A stretch of 64,000 nucleotides of DNA from positions 27,425 to 91,424 of the forward strand of contig JANQNN010000035.1 of assembly GCA_028279545.1 (NCBI GenBank), given 5' to 3'. The translations under genes and the position numbers were made by a program. Source of the DNA: Nitrosopumilaceae archaeon. GTDB taxonomy: Archaea; Thermoproteota; Nitrososphaeria; Nitrososphaerales; Nitrosopumilaceae. The notes below the pieces were generated by a model that saw only the letters and a program-made list of their open reading frames with translations, was not told where the DNA came from and searched no databases. Positions 33,714-42,849 of the stretch are shown here, piece after piece (within the stretch, counting starts at the first letter, position 1; each line of letters starts with the position of its first letter).

Positions 33714-34214
33714 TTACTTGTTTATCTCAATTGCCATAAGATAAGCATCCTCGCCATCACGATAATATGCATTTAATTGCTGTTTGATTTCAAATCCCAA
33801 TTTTTCATATAATCTAACAGCTTCAGTGTTACTACATCTAACTTCAAGATAAAATTCATCACATTTTTTTAATCTAATACCGTTTGTAGATTCTTCAACG
33901 ATTGCTTTTCCAATTCCTCTTTTTCGATATTCTTCAAGTACTGCAATTGACACAACATGTCCTTTTTTAACAAACCCTAATTTTTTAAAATTTGAAAACC
34001 CATATTCGGTTTTACACATAACATATCCAACATGTTTCCCATTTACTTCAGCAACAATGAAAGCCTCAGGTGCTTCAGAAAGTAGGCTTTCATAAAAATA
34101 ATCGGAATAATGTTCTGGAAGGGTTTTGAGATTTATCTCCATTACAGGAATTAGATCACCTGGAACTGCTCTTCTGATAATACAATCATCTAATTGTCTT
34201 AGGACAGCCTGCAT
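33714..34214 (-). CDS. N-alpha-acetyltransferase (Ard1/RimI-type GNAT)
   Basis: VVSIAVLEEYRKRGIGKAIV acetyl-CoA motif. Size and N-terminal region resemble archaeal Ard1. Confidence 0.75.
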   Translation of the reverse strand: MQAVLRQLDDCIIRRAVPGDLIPVMEINLKTLPEHYSDYFYESLLSEAPEAFIVAEVNGKHVGYVMCKTEYGFSNFKKLGFVKKGHVVSIAVLEEYRKRGIGKAIVEESTNGIRLKKCDEFYLEVRCSNTEAVRLYEKLGFEIKQQLNAYYRDGEDAYLMAIEINK

Positions 34215-34475
34215 GTTTATCTAAACTGTTATTGATATTTAATTTTATTTTTTGTTCAAATTGTTACAAAAAACAGGCTTAATTTTACAATTACAGTGTA
34301 TTTTTTCAAGATTACAATAAAAGAATATTAAAAAAATAGCCTCCACCAAGGCTAAAATTTCCAAAAATGTTTGGCTTGGCTATTTTTTTTAAAAAAATAC
34401 CATGGATGGATTGGTTTTTAGGCACTAACAAAGAATCGCAAAGCCATTTAACAGAAAGACTTGGAAGAATGTAAT

Positions 34476-35606
34476 ATGGATGATTCAAGAACTGAGAGTG
34501 TCATATCTTTAGTTTATTCCATGTTTGATGTTAGTAATTTTAGCAAAGAAAGATATTCCTTAGAATTTAAAATCGCAGATACCGACTTTAAAACAAAATT
34601 TGAAGAACTTGCAAGAAAACTAGAGGGTTTGAATTTTCTAGCAAAACTAGAACGAATGGATAATGAAAATTATATCATTATTCAAAAATTTCCACCAAGA
34701 AAAAAACGTCGATGGCTAAGTTCTCCTTGGGTTCCAAGAATTTTGTTTACAGTTGTAGTTGTGTTTGTGCTAATTGATGGATATTATAGAACAATTGGAG
34801 TAAATACAATTCCAGGGATAAACATCGGAGGGCCACAAGAAATGGCAGTTCTCTATACAATCTCTCTTTTAGGAATTTTAGGAATTCATGAATTGGGCCA
34901 CATGATTGCAGCTAAATTTCATGGCTTAAAGACGACGTGGCCTTATTTCATTCCTGGAATTCCATTGTTTGGATTTCTTCCAACCTTTGGAGCTTTGATT
35001 ATTCCAAAGGGTCCTATGATTAACAGGAAAATTTTATTTGATATTGCAATTGCAGGACCCATTGCAGGATTAGTTATTGCAATAATAGTTTCATTGTATG
35101 GAGCATATTCAGCTCCTGCATTAGATCTAGATGTTGCACAACAATTACAAGAAGATAGAAATATTATTGATTTTTCTTTTGGCGAGCCACTATTTATGAA
35201 AGGATCACTTTCTTTATTTGGTAAAGGAGGACCTGATACTGAGGTAATTCTTACTCCAGTTTTGTGGGCTGCTTGGATTGGATTTTTTATTACTTTTTTG
35301 AATCTAATGCCTGCGTGGCACCTAGATGGAGGTCATATGGCAAGAACATTTTTTGGCGCCAAATGGCACCGGTACTGCACCTATGCAAGTCTAATAGTAC
35401 TTGCATTAATTGGATTTGAGTTTGCAGCAATAATGATTTATTTTCTTAGTAGAAGAGGAATGAGCGCAAACCCATTAGATGACATGTCACCTATTTCAAG
35501 AAACCGAAAGCTTGCATATTTTGCTGTAATTGGTTTGGCAATTTTTTGTGTTCCGATTCCTGAAAACCTTTGCATGCCTTTCACAAGAAGTCTCTGCGCT
35601 TTTTAG
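34476..35606 (+). CDS. site-2 protease family (M50) membrane metalloprotease
   Basis: HELGHMIAAK (HExxH) and NLMPAWHLDGGH (LDG) motifs, with multiple TM segments. Confidence 0.85.
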   Translation: MDDSRTESVISLVYSMFDVSNFSKERYSLEFKIADTDFKTKFEELARKLEGLNFLAKLERMDNENYIIIQKFPPRKKRRWLSSPWVPRILFTVVVVFVLIDGYYRTIGVNTIPGINIGGPQEMAVLYTISLLGILGIHELGHMIAAKFHGLKTTWPYFIPGIPLFGFLPTFGALIIPKGPMINRKILFDIAIAGPIAGLVIAIIVSLYGAYSAPALDLDVAQQLQEDRNIIDFSFGEPLFMKGSLSLFGKGGPDTEVILTPVLWAAWIGFFITFLNLMPAWHLDGGHMARTFFGAKWHRYCTYASLIVLALIGFEFAAIMIYFLSRRGMSANPLDDMSPISRNRKLAYFAVIGLAIFCVPIPENLCMPFTRSLCAF

Positions 35607-35612
35607 TTTAGA

Positions 35613-36719
35613 TTACCGAATTAAGGTTCTTGCACCATCGGGGACTATTGCTACTTTTTGTCGTGCCCCTTGAGTTTTTAGGATATAATCCATCGACTCT
35701 TTTATTCCAGATAGAGAAACTAGATTCAATTTCTTTGTATAAAATTCAGGAAGAATGGAAACTAGACCTACCTGAATATTTTTTTGAACCTCAGTTAAGA
35801 ACAATAAAGCCTCCATACCATCAATGTAATCAGTAGGGTTTTGTAGTCTTTGAAGAGGAAATCTACCCTCAATATACTGCTGAAGAGCATCTGAACCCAA
35901 ACCCCCCTTACATTCTGCAACTAGAATTGCAAGACCTCCATTCTGAATAACACTAGCACAGTTCCAAAGCGATGAAAGAGATTTACTCAAATCAAAATTG
36001 CTTGAATCTTTTCCGGTGCTAATTATCATTGATTTTTGTCTTTCAATGTCTTGAACGCCAATGGATTCTAATGTTTTTGTAAGGACATGGGTTTTGGAGG
36101 GGTGATCAATTGAGAAATCTACAATGCCTTTTGAATTTGCAACAATTTCAATTGCCTGAATTTCAAAATTATTTGTAAATTTATTTGCCTCATCAAAACT
36201 ATCTGTTGGCTGACCTGGAACAGGAAGATTTCCTTTTCTTTTTGTGTATGCAGAAAGCATATTCTCTTGGCCAAATTTCTTAATCAATCTAGTAGAGATG
36301 GTTTCATAACCAAATAATCCATCAAATTCCATCTCTCCCATAAAGACTAGATTTGATTTTGAGAGTTCGTCGGTTTCAAATTCGTTAATCGAACTTCCTT
36401 CTGGCATTCCTGCCTTTACTTGATTCATAATTTTTTTCTCAGCTAGGACGTTTGGAAATGGGTGGGATTTTTGTTCACAAATGGAAAATAATGATGATAA
36501 AATATTTTGGATAGCCCTTGAATTGTGTAAGACCACCAAATCCATTGGTTTGGATAGATCCATGGAGCTAAGTTTCTCATTTATTGCAGTATCCTCAAGG
36601 ATTGCCCCTTCAGAATCAATTTTTTTCTCTAAATTCTCTGCTCGAATGTCTAAAACCACGTCAGTTATACCATAGTTTAACCAAATTTCAGGCACAGTAT
36701 TATCACAAATACAAACCAA
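35613..36719 (-). CDS. LarA-like (DUF2088) domain protein, probably non-canonical
   Basis: C-terminal half GGLAILVAECKGGLGSDALQQYI resembles the LarA-family segment GG.iIlvAeC.eG.G. N-terminal cofactor-binding motifs are not evident. Confidence 0.4.
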   Translation of the reverse strand: MVCICDNTVPEIWLNYGITDVVLDIRAENLEKKIDSEGAILEDTAINEKLSSMDLSKPMDLVVLHNSRAIQNILSSLFSICEQKSHPFPNVLAEKKIMNQVKAGMPEGSSINEFETDELSKSNLVFMGEMEFDGLFGYETISTRLIKKFGQENMLSAYTKRKGNLPVPGQPTDSFDEANKFTNNFEIQAIEIVANSKGIVDFSIDHPSKTHVLTKTLESIGVQDIERQKSMIISTGKDSSNFDLSKSLSSLWNCASVIQNGGLAILVAECKGGLGSDALQQYIEGRFPLQRLQNPTDYIDGMEALLFLTEVQKNIQVGLVSILPEFYTKKLNLVSLSGIKESMDYILKTQGARQKVAIVPDGARTLIR

Positions 36720-36746
36720 AATAAATCCAGTTTAGTTAATTTTGGT

Positions 36747-37355
36747 ATGGATTTTGTAAAAGAGTTTTCAACTTTTTTGTTCGAAAATAAGATAATTAGA
36801 TTTGGAGATTTTACTTTGGCAAGTGGAAAAAAGAGTTCATACTATGTAGATTTGAGACTTGTTCCAAGCTATCCACACCAATTCCGAATGATGATAAAAT
36901 ATTTGCAAAACCAGATTATCAAAGACATTGGGCTTGAAAAATTTGATTCTTTTGTATCTGTGCCAACAGGCGGATTAGTTATTGCCTCAGCTTTGGCAAT
37001 AGAGACTGTAAAACCCCTAATCTACGTACGAAATAAACCAAAAGAATATGGAACCTCCAAGTCCGTAGAAGGAAAAATTTGGGAAGAAATGAAGGTGGTT
37101 ATGATTGATGATGTTGCAACAACAGGGGGCTCTGTGGTAAATGGAATTAAATCATTAAAAGAGTCCAAAGTAAAAGTTGAGGATGCATATGTTATTGTAA
37201 ATAGAATGGAAGGGGCTGACCAAGCCCTAAATGACCAAGGTGTAACCATGCATTCAATTTTGAACATTATTCAAATTACGCAATCTTTGCAAGAACAAAA
37301 TCTCATTGATGATAATATTTTAGATAAAGTCAAAAAACAAATTGAAGGAAAATAA
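36747..37355 (+). CDS. pyrE: orotate phosphoribosyltransferase
   Basis: PRPP-binding motif VVMIDDVATTGGS. N-terminus FGDFTLASGKKSSYYVD. Confidence 0.9.
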   Translation: MDFVKEFSTFLFENKIIRFGDFTLASGKKSSYYVDLRLVPSYPHQFRMMIKYLQNQIIKDIGLEKFDSFVSVPTGGLVIASALAIETVKPLIYVRNKPKEYGTSKSVEGKIWEEMKVVMIDDVATTGGSVVNGIKSLKESKVKVEDAYVIVNRMEGADQALNDQGVTMHSILNIIQITQSLQEQNLIDDNILDKVKKQIEGK

Positions 37356-37467
37356 GTTTTGGCAGCTCAGTCAAATGCCTTCAAATCACCATTCAGATAT
37401 AACTCTGATTCTTCATTGCAGCCGGTATTTTTTACTCGTAGTTATTTTAAAACTAATTGAATTAACA

Positions 37468-37541
37468 TGGGCCCGAAGGGCTTCGATCCCTTGGCTCACC
37501 GGTTATGAGCCGGTTACTCTACCAAGCTGAGTTACGGGCCC
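37468..37541 (-). tRNA. tRNA with CAU anticodon (elongator Met or Ile2)
   Basis: Acceptor GGGCCCG/CGGGCCC, D arm ACTC/GAGT, anticodon arm ACCGG-CTCATAA-CCGGT, T arm AAGGG-ATCGAAG-CCCTT. G1-C72 argues against an initiator. No encoded CCA. Confidence 0.85.
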
Positions 37542-37582
37542 TACCAAATTGAGACAAACCTGCCGTTTAAAATGTTATGAAC

Positions 37583-38215
37583 TTAACAGTATGCTTCGTA
37601 GCAACTATCAAGTAGCAGGTTTTGTGCAGAGATGGATTTGTCTGCAATTTTTATCAAATCATCAGTGTTTGTAGTTGCAGATTCCAAAATATTTTGCCAA
37701 GCAGCTGCATGTCGAATATCAGCTTCGGTATGGAGCTTGAAATATTCAGTAGCATCATCATTTGTCATTCCATAAAATTGTGCCATTCCATCAAGCTTTG
37801 TTTGGCTTATCTTTGGAATCTCCTTTTCAAATGCATACATTGCACAAGAACCACCTTCATAGGTATTCATTAAATCAGAAAGATCAGATACTGCATTTTG
37901 GGTTTTTTCCAATCCGTTGTAATTTGACAACTCTTCTTCTGATATTCCTAGTTCTCCTGCAAATTTAATCCAAGGTCTAACGTGATCTACCTCTTCTTTT
38001 TGATTTTCAATTAATTCACCAACGACAGATTCTGGTGCTTTTTCTATAATTGGCGTCATAAAGGAGGGAACTGCTTTTACAAGTTGAAAATATTCTTTAG
38101 AGTATCCTGCCAAGGACTCTACTGATAGTTTTCCATCTGACCACATCTCATAAAATGGATGTTTTAGTAAGCTTCTCTCTTCAATCATTTCATCTATTTT
38201 TTTTATCAAACTCAT
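37583..38215 (-). CDS. CADD/PqqC-like heme-oxygenase-fold protein (TenA/THI-4/PQQC family)
   Basis: N-terminal LLKHPFYEMWSDGKLSVESLAGYSKEYFQLV and a helical, E/H-rich remainder, typical of the CADD/PqqC-like di-iron family. Confidence 0.65.
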   Translation of the reverse strand: MSLIKKIDEMIEERSLLKHPFYEMWSDGKLSVESLAGYSKEYFQLVKAVPSFMTPIIEKAPESVVGELIENQKEEVDHVRPWIKFAGELGISEEELSNYNGLEKTQNAVSDLSDLMNTYEGGSCAMYAFEKEIPKISQTKLDGMAQFYGMTNDDATEYFKLHTEADIRHAAAWQNILESATTNTDDLIKIADKSISAQNLLLDSCYEAYC

Positions 38216-38294
38216 ACCAAAAGTCCCTAATCACCAGTAAAAAATCTTTGGTGTTTACAAAAGATTTTATGGATAAAATATGAAATTTGATTGG

Positions 38295-38388
38295 GTTCCA
38301 GTGGTGTAGACCGGTCAAGCATACTGCCCTTTCAAGGCAGTGATCCCGGGTTCAAAATCTTTCGATGAAAATCCCGGCTGGAGCACCA
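38295..38388 (+). tRNA. tRNA-Glu (UUC) with a 15-nt insertion (putative intron) in the T-loop; CCA encoded
   Basis: Acceptor GTTCCAG/CTGGAGC + ACCA, D arm GTGT/GCAT, anticodon arm CTGCC-CTTTCAA-GGCAG. T stem CCGGG/CCCGG encloses 22 nt instead of 7. Confidence 0.8.
38357..38371 (+). other. putative non-canonical tRNA intron in the T-loop of tRNA-Glu (boundaries ambiguous within A-runs)
   Basis: Removing 15 nt from TTCAAAATCTTTCGATGAAAAT restores the canonical TTCAAAT loop. The insert can form ATC/GAT and TTC/GAA helices with a 3-nt A bulge. Confidence 0.6.
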
Positions 38389-38429
38389 AGATTTATTTAG
38401 TAATGATAAATTTTTTTTGTTAGGACATC

Positions 38430-39281
38430 TTGGACAGGAAAAACTTAGAGATCAATCCTTTACTTGAAACTTATGGAAAATACATTGATAAAATTAATCT
38501 CTCCTTAGATAGAGAGTTAGATCTTTATTCTGAATCAGAATTCATAGAGCCTCTAAAGTACTCCTTAGAAGGCGGGAAGCGAATTAGACCCATCATACTA
38601 ATGTTGGCTGCTGAAAGCATTGGCAAAAGTGATGAAAATACTCTTGTAGCATCATGTGCAGTTGAATTTCTACATATGGAGTCAATAATTCATGATGACA
38701 TTATTGACAATGAGACTTCACGAAGACAAAAAGATCCATTCCATATCAAGTATGGATACAACACTAGTGTTTTGACTGGAGATTTTGTTTTAGGTTTGAT
38801 TTTAGGAATTTCTGCCAGATTAGATAATCCAAGAATCACAAAAGAGCTATCAAGCACTGCAATGCTGATGAGTGAAGGCGAAATGATAGAAAATCTACTT
38901 GAAGCAAGTGAGGATGTTACTTTTGATGATTATCTAAAGGTAATAGAGTACAAGACTGCAGTTGCATTTCAGGCAGCGTCTAGAATTGGAGCAATAATTG
39001 GAAAAGGAACAGAAGAAGAGATAGAAGCATTAACTGAATATGGACGAAATATTGGAATTGCTTATCAAATTAGAGATGACTTGCTTGATTGGAAAAATGA
39101 AGATAAACTATTCAACTTGTTAATCAAGAAGAGTTCTGATCCTAGAGATGTGTTTGATAAAATGGAAGAACTTTTGAAATTTTATTCTGAAAAAGCTCGC
39201 AAGGGATTGAGAAAAATTCCTGACAACGAGGCAAAATTGAATCTTGATAATTTAATTAAATTTACAACCTTTAAGGCATAA
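38430..39281 (+). CDS. second trans-polyprenyl diphosphate synthase (chain length unknown)
   Basis: FARM IIHDDIIDNE and SARM YQIRDDLLD. TTG start. 283 aa. Confidence 0.75.
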   Translation: MDRKNLEINPLLETYGKYIDKINLSLDRELDLYSESEFIEPLKYSLEGGKRIRPIILMLAAESIGKSDENTLVASCAVEFLHMESIIHDDIIDNETSRRQKDPFHIKYGYNTSVLTGDFVLGLILGISARLDNPRITKELSSTAMLMSEGEMIENLLEASEDVTFDDYLKVIEYKTAVAFQAASRIGAIIGKGTEEEIEALTEYGRNIGIAYQIRDDLLDWKNEDKLFNLLIKKSSDPRDVFDKMEELLKFYSEKARKGLRKIPDNEAKLNLDNLIKFTTFKA

Positions 39282-40755
39282 CTGTTGTACTAACAACTGG
39301 GGTTGCCAATTCTACAAACTGAATGATTGGTTCTGGATATACACCAAATCCTACCAAGAAGATTATAGAGAATATCACTACTGCGATAATTGATTTTGGT
39401 TCTTTGACTCTCTTTTCTCTTTCTCCTTCAAAGTACATTCGTCTCATAATCCAACCATAGTAAGCTAATGATAACGCACTGTTAAGAACACCAGCTATGG
39501 CAAGCCATGGTGCCCACCACAAAGCTGAAGTTGCATCAAGTGCTCCTCCAAATAACATCAACTTACTCCAAAATCCTGCAAGAGGTGGAACACCAGCTAG
39601 AGCAAGCAATGAAATTACCAAACCAAGAGAAGTGATTGGCATCTTTCTTCCTAATCCTTTTAGTTTATCCAAATTAGTTACCGCAAGAGTTGTAACAATT
39701 CCTGCAACTGCAATAAAGGCCATGCCTTTCATTACTGCATGGTTTAAGATTTGGTAAAGAGAACCTTGCAATCCAAGTGAACTGTGTGGAGCTACTGCAA
39801 GTCCTATGAGAATGTAGCCTGCATGTGCAATACTAGAGTATGCCAGCATTCTAGATAGACTCTTTTGCATGATAGCAGCTACGTTTCCAACTGTCATGGT
39901 CATTATTGCCAAAATTCCAAGAGCCAGTGTCCAATCAAGATTAAGAACCACCATTCCAAGGACAACAATTCGAATTGTTGCTGCAAATCCTGCCTTTTTG
40001 GTTCCAGCAGCTAGTAGAGTAGTGATTGTTGGTGGCGCACCGTCATAGGTGTCTGGAAGCCATTGATGAAATGGCACCAATCCCATCTTGAATCCAAATC
40101 CTGCAATAAACATTCCAACTGATAGTAATGCTAAAGGTACAAGGGAAGGATCAAGATTAGAGTATCCCTGAATAACTTCACCAATGTTAGTTGAACCTGT
40201 TATTCCATAGGTAATTGAAATTCCGTAAATGATAATTGCTGAGGATAATGCTCCAAACAAAAAGTACTTTAGTGCTGCCTCATTGGATGTAGGATTTCTC
40301 TTGATAAACCCAACTAGAGCATAAGTGGGTATACTCATCAATTCCCAGGCAACAAATAACATAATCAAATCAGTAGAGTATGCAACAAGCACCATACCGA
40401 TGGTGGATAGCAAAATTAGCGAATAGTAAATTGAAGGATAGCTTTGCTTTCTCATGTAATTAAACGAGCCAACAGTTGTGAAGATTGCAACTATAAGCAT
40501 TGCAATTGCAAAGAAGCCTCCAAAGGCATCATCAACTATTACCTCTTTTGAGAAAAGTGCAGATGGAAGAATGTTATCACTAACGAACTGATATCCTACA
40601 TAACCAATGGAAAGAATTAAAGCTGCAAATGCAATTACTGCATAAAATGAGTTTGAACCTTTTTCTTTTCTAATTACATTAATTACAGGTAAAATAACTC
40701 CAACAATTCCAAGAATTATTATTATTACAAGTGGGGTTGAACTTAGCTCTATCAT
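39271..40755 (-). CDS. nuoN: NADH-quinone oxidoreductase subunit N
   Basis: Antiporter-like subunit with LFVAWELMSIPTYALVGF. Last gene of the operon. Confidence 0.85.
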   Translation of the reverse strand: MIELSSTPLVIIIILGIVGVILPVINVIRKEKGSNSFYAVIAFAALILSIGYVGYQFVSDNILPSALFSKEVIVDDAFGGFFAIAMLIVAIFTTVGSFNYMRKQSYPSIYYSLILLSTIGMVLVAYSTDLIMLFVAWELMSIPTYALVGFIKRNPTSNEAALKYFLFGALSSAIIIYGISITYGITGSTNIGEVIQGYSNLDPSLVPLALLSVGMFIAGFGFKMGLVPFHQWLPDTYDGAPPTITTLLAAGTKKAGFAATIRIVVLGMVVLNLDWTLALGILAIMTMTVGNVAAIMQKSLSRMLAYSSIAHAGYILIGLAVAPHSSLGLQGSLYQILNHAVMKGMAFIAVAGIVTTLAVTNLDKLKGLGRKMPITSLGLVISLLALAGVPPLAGFWSKLMLFGGALDATSALWWAPWLAIAGVLNSALSLAYYGWIMRRMYFEGEREKRVKEPKSIIAVVIFSIIFLVGFGVYPEPIIQFVELATPVVSTTVMP

Positions 40756-40767
40756 CTCATTGCACTC

Positions 40768-42846
40768 CTATATCAACAAAATCAGAATTACGAATAGTAA
40801 TCCTGCTCCAAATACGAAAAGATACGATTGTGAAACGCCTGTTTGTGTTCCTTGAACTACTCTTGCTCCCCAACCAACGGCTTTTTGGAATCCATCATTC
40901 ATTCCATAATCGATTGCAGTCCTTTCAAAGTACCTAAAGACTGCTCTTGCAAGCCAAAGTGGGGCAACAACAAAGCACCAGTATACGATTGCATTAAGAT
41001 ACCATCTGTTTAAGAAAAGTTTGTGAATTGCATAAAAGAAAATGTTAGAGTTTACAAATCTTGTAGCATCAACCCATCTTCCAATATAGAAAATATATCC
41101 AAGGCCAATTCCAACTGCAAAGGCAACCAACGATGCTCCTAATGCTACTGGATTTAGTCCTTGTAGGAATGAAGGTAATATGGATTCGCCAGTTTCATGA
41201 TGAACCGTATATATACCAAACGAGTTCTCAAGGTAGTATTCAAAGGTGTGATGTAATCCTTCTTCAGCAGACAAACCAATTATACCAATACCAATAGTTA
41301 GGACAGCAAGAATTCCATATGGAGCCCACATTGAGAGTGGTGCCTCATGTATGTGATGTCCTTCTTCTTCCATTTTTTCAATGTGTTTGCTTGGTTTTCC
41401 AAAAAAGACCAATCCAATCATCCTTGTTGTATAAAATGCTGTAATTACTGCAGTCAATACTGCAATGATGAATATTGGTAAGGCCCATTCATTTCCTGAT
41501 TCATAAACTGCAGCAAAAATTGCATCTTTACTCCAAAATCCTGTCGTGATAAATGGTGCTCCCATCAGGCCAAGTCCTGCAGCCCACATGAAGGCATAAG
41601 TCTTTTTCATGTGTTTTCGTAGTCCACCCATATCTGACATAAATCTCGAACCTACAACATGCAACAAAGAACCTGCTGCCATAAACAAAGATGCCTTAAA
41701 CATTGCATGAGAAATCAAATGGAAAAATCCTGCAGTATAGCCATCAACATATTGATGTGAAAGTCCTGCAACACCTAATGCCATCATCATGTATCCTATC
41801 TGAGAACCAGTAGAATAGGCAAGAACTTTTTTAATTTCAGAATTAACCATGCCTTGGGTTGCAAGCAGTAATGCCGTGATTGCACCAACCCATGCAACAA
41901 TCTCAAAGAATTGATCAGCAAGTATTCCTGCAGCTCCTAGTGCAAACATTATTGGTCCGATTCTTGCGACAAGAAAGACACCTGCCTTTACCATTGTTGC
42001 TGCGTGAATTAATGCAGAAACTGCAGTAGGACCAGTCATTGCTTCTAAGAGCCATTCATTTAGCGGGAATTGGGCTGATTTTCCAATTGCACCTCCAAAA
42101 AGTAAGACAAAGGCAGGAACTAACAACCCTTGGGCTGCCATGGATTCTGCCCATCCAAAGTCACCCATCAGTTCTTTAAATCCAAAGGTTCCTGCAAACA
42201 AAAATATCAAAAGCATACCTGCAATCATCATAACGTCTCCAACTTTGGTCATGATGAATGCCTTCATTCCGGCATGTGTTGGAGAATAATAATCTAAAAG
42301 ACCCAAAACTGTTCTTCCCTCTGTTCCAACATGGTCTTTCTTTTTGTCACGATACCAAAAGCTAATCAAAGCATACGACGCAAGACCCACTCCTTCCCAT
42401 CCAAAGAAGACTTGAAGCAAGTTATCAGATAGAACAATTAGCTGCATTGAACCAATAAAGAACATCATCCAGAACCAAAATCTTGTAATGTCTTTGTCGC
42501 CTTTCATGTATCCAGTACTGTAAATCATAATCAAGAATGAAATCCATCCAACGACATTTGCCATGATTACTGAAAGTGGATCAGCTAAAACTCCGCCGTT
42601 AAGACCTAGGGTTTCAATCCATGTAATTTGATGATGAATCTCACTTGCCTCTAGTACTACTGGAAACAAAGATGCTGCAGAAAGTGCACTCATTAAAGCA
42701 AAGGCAACAGCAACATAACCTGTAATGTGCTTTGAGGCTTTGCCAACTGCTGGCATAATAAGGGCTGCTGCAAATGGCAGAATCCAAACTAGCCATGCTG
42801 CAGCGGATGTTGCTTCAAATGGTAAGCCTACTGATTCAGTTGCCAT
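40768..42846 (-). CDS. nuoL: NADH-quinone oxidoreductase subunit L
   Basis: 692 aa, the longest antiporter-like subunit, with FFGWEGVGLASYALISFWY and a long C-terminal extension. Confidence 0.85.
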   Translation of the reverse strand: MATESVGLPFEATSAAAWLVWILPFAAALIMPAVGKASKHITGYVAVAFALMSALSAASLFPVVLEASEIHHQITWIETLGLNGGVLADPLSVIMANVVGWISFLIMIYSTGYMKGDKDITRFWFWMMFFIGSMQLIVLSDNLLQVFFGWEGVGLASYALISFWYRDKKKDHVGTEGRTVLGLLDYYSPTHAGMKAFIMTKVGDVMMIAGMLLIFLFAGTFGFKELMGDFGWAESMAAQGLLVPAFVLLFGGAIGKSAQFPLNEWLLEAMTGPTAVSALIHAATMVKAGVFLVARIGPIMFALGAAGILADQFFEIVAWVGAITALLLATQGMVNSEIKKVLAYSTGSQIGYMMMALGVAGLSHQYVDGYTAGFFHLISHAMFKASLFMAAGSLLHVVGSRFMSDMGGLRKHMKKTYAFMWAAGLGLMGAPFITTGFWSKDAIFAAVYESGNEWALPIFIIAVLTAVITAFYTTRMIGLVFFGKPSKHIEKMEEEGHHIHEAPLSMWAPYGILAVLTIGIGIIGLSAEEGLHHTFEYYLENSFGIYTVHHETGESILPSFLQGLNPVALGASLVAFAVGIGLGYIFYIGRWVDATRFVNSNIFFYAIHKLFLNRWYLNAIVYWCFVVAPLWLARAVFRYFERTAIDYGMNDGFQKAVGWGARVVQGTQTGVSQSYLFVFGAGLLFVILILLI

Positions 42847-42849
42847 CTT

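Noticed and set aside
37342-37530. 62-aa plus-strand ORF overlapping the tRNA-CAU gene
   Set aside because: It runs through the antisense of a well-folded tRNA (37468-37541), and its product has no features. It is a chance ORF.
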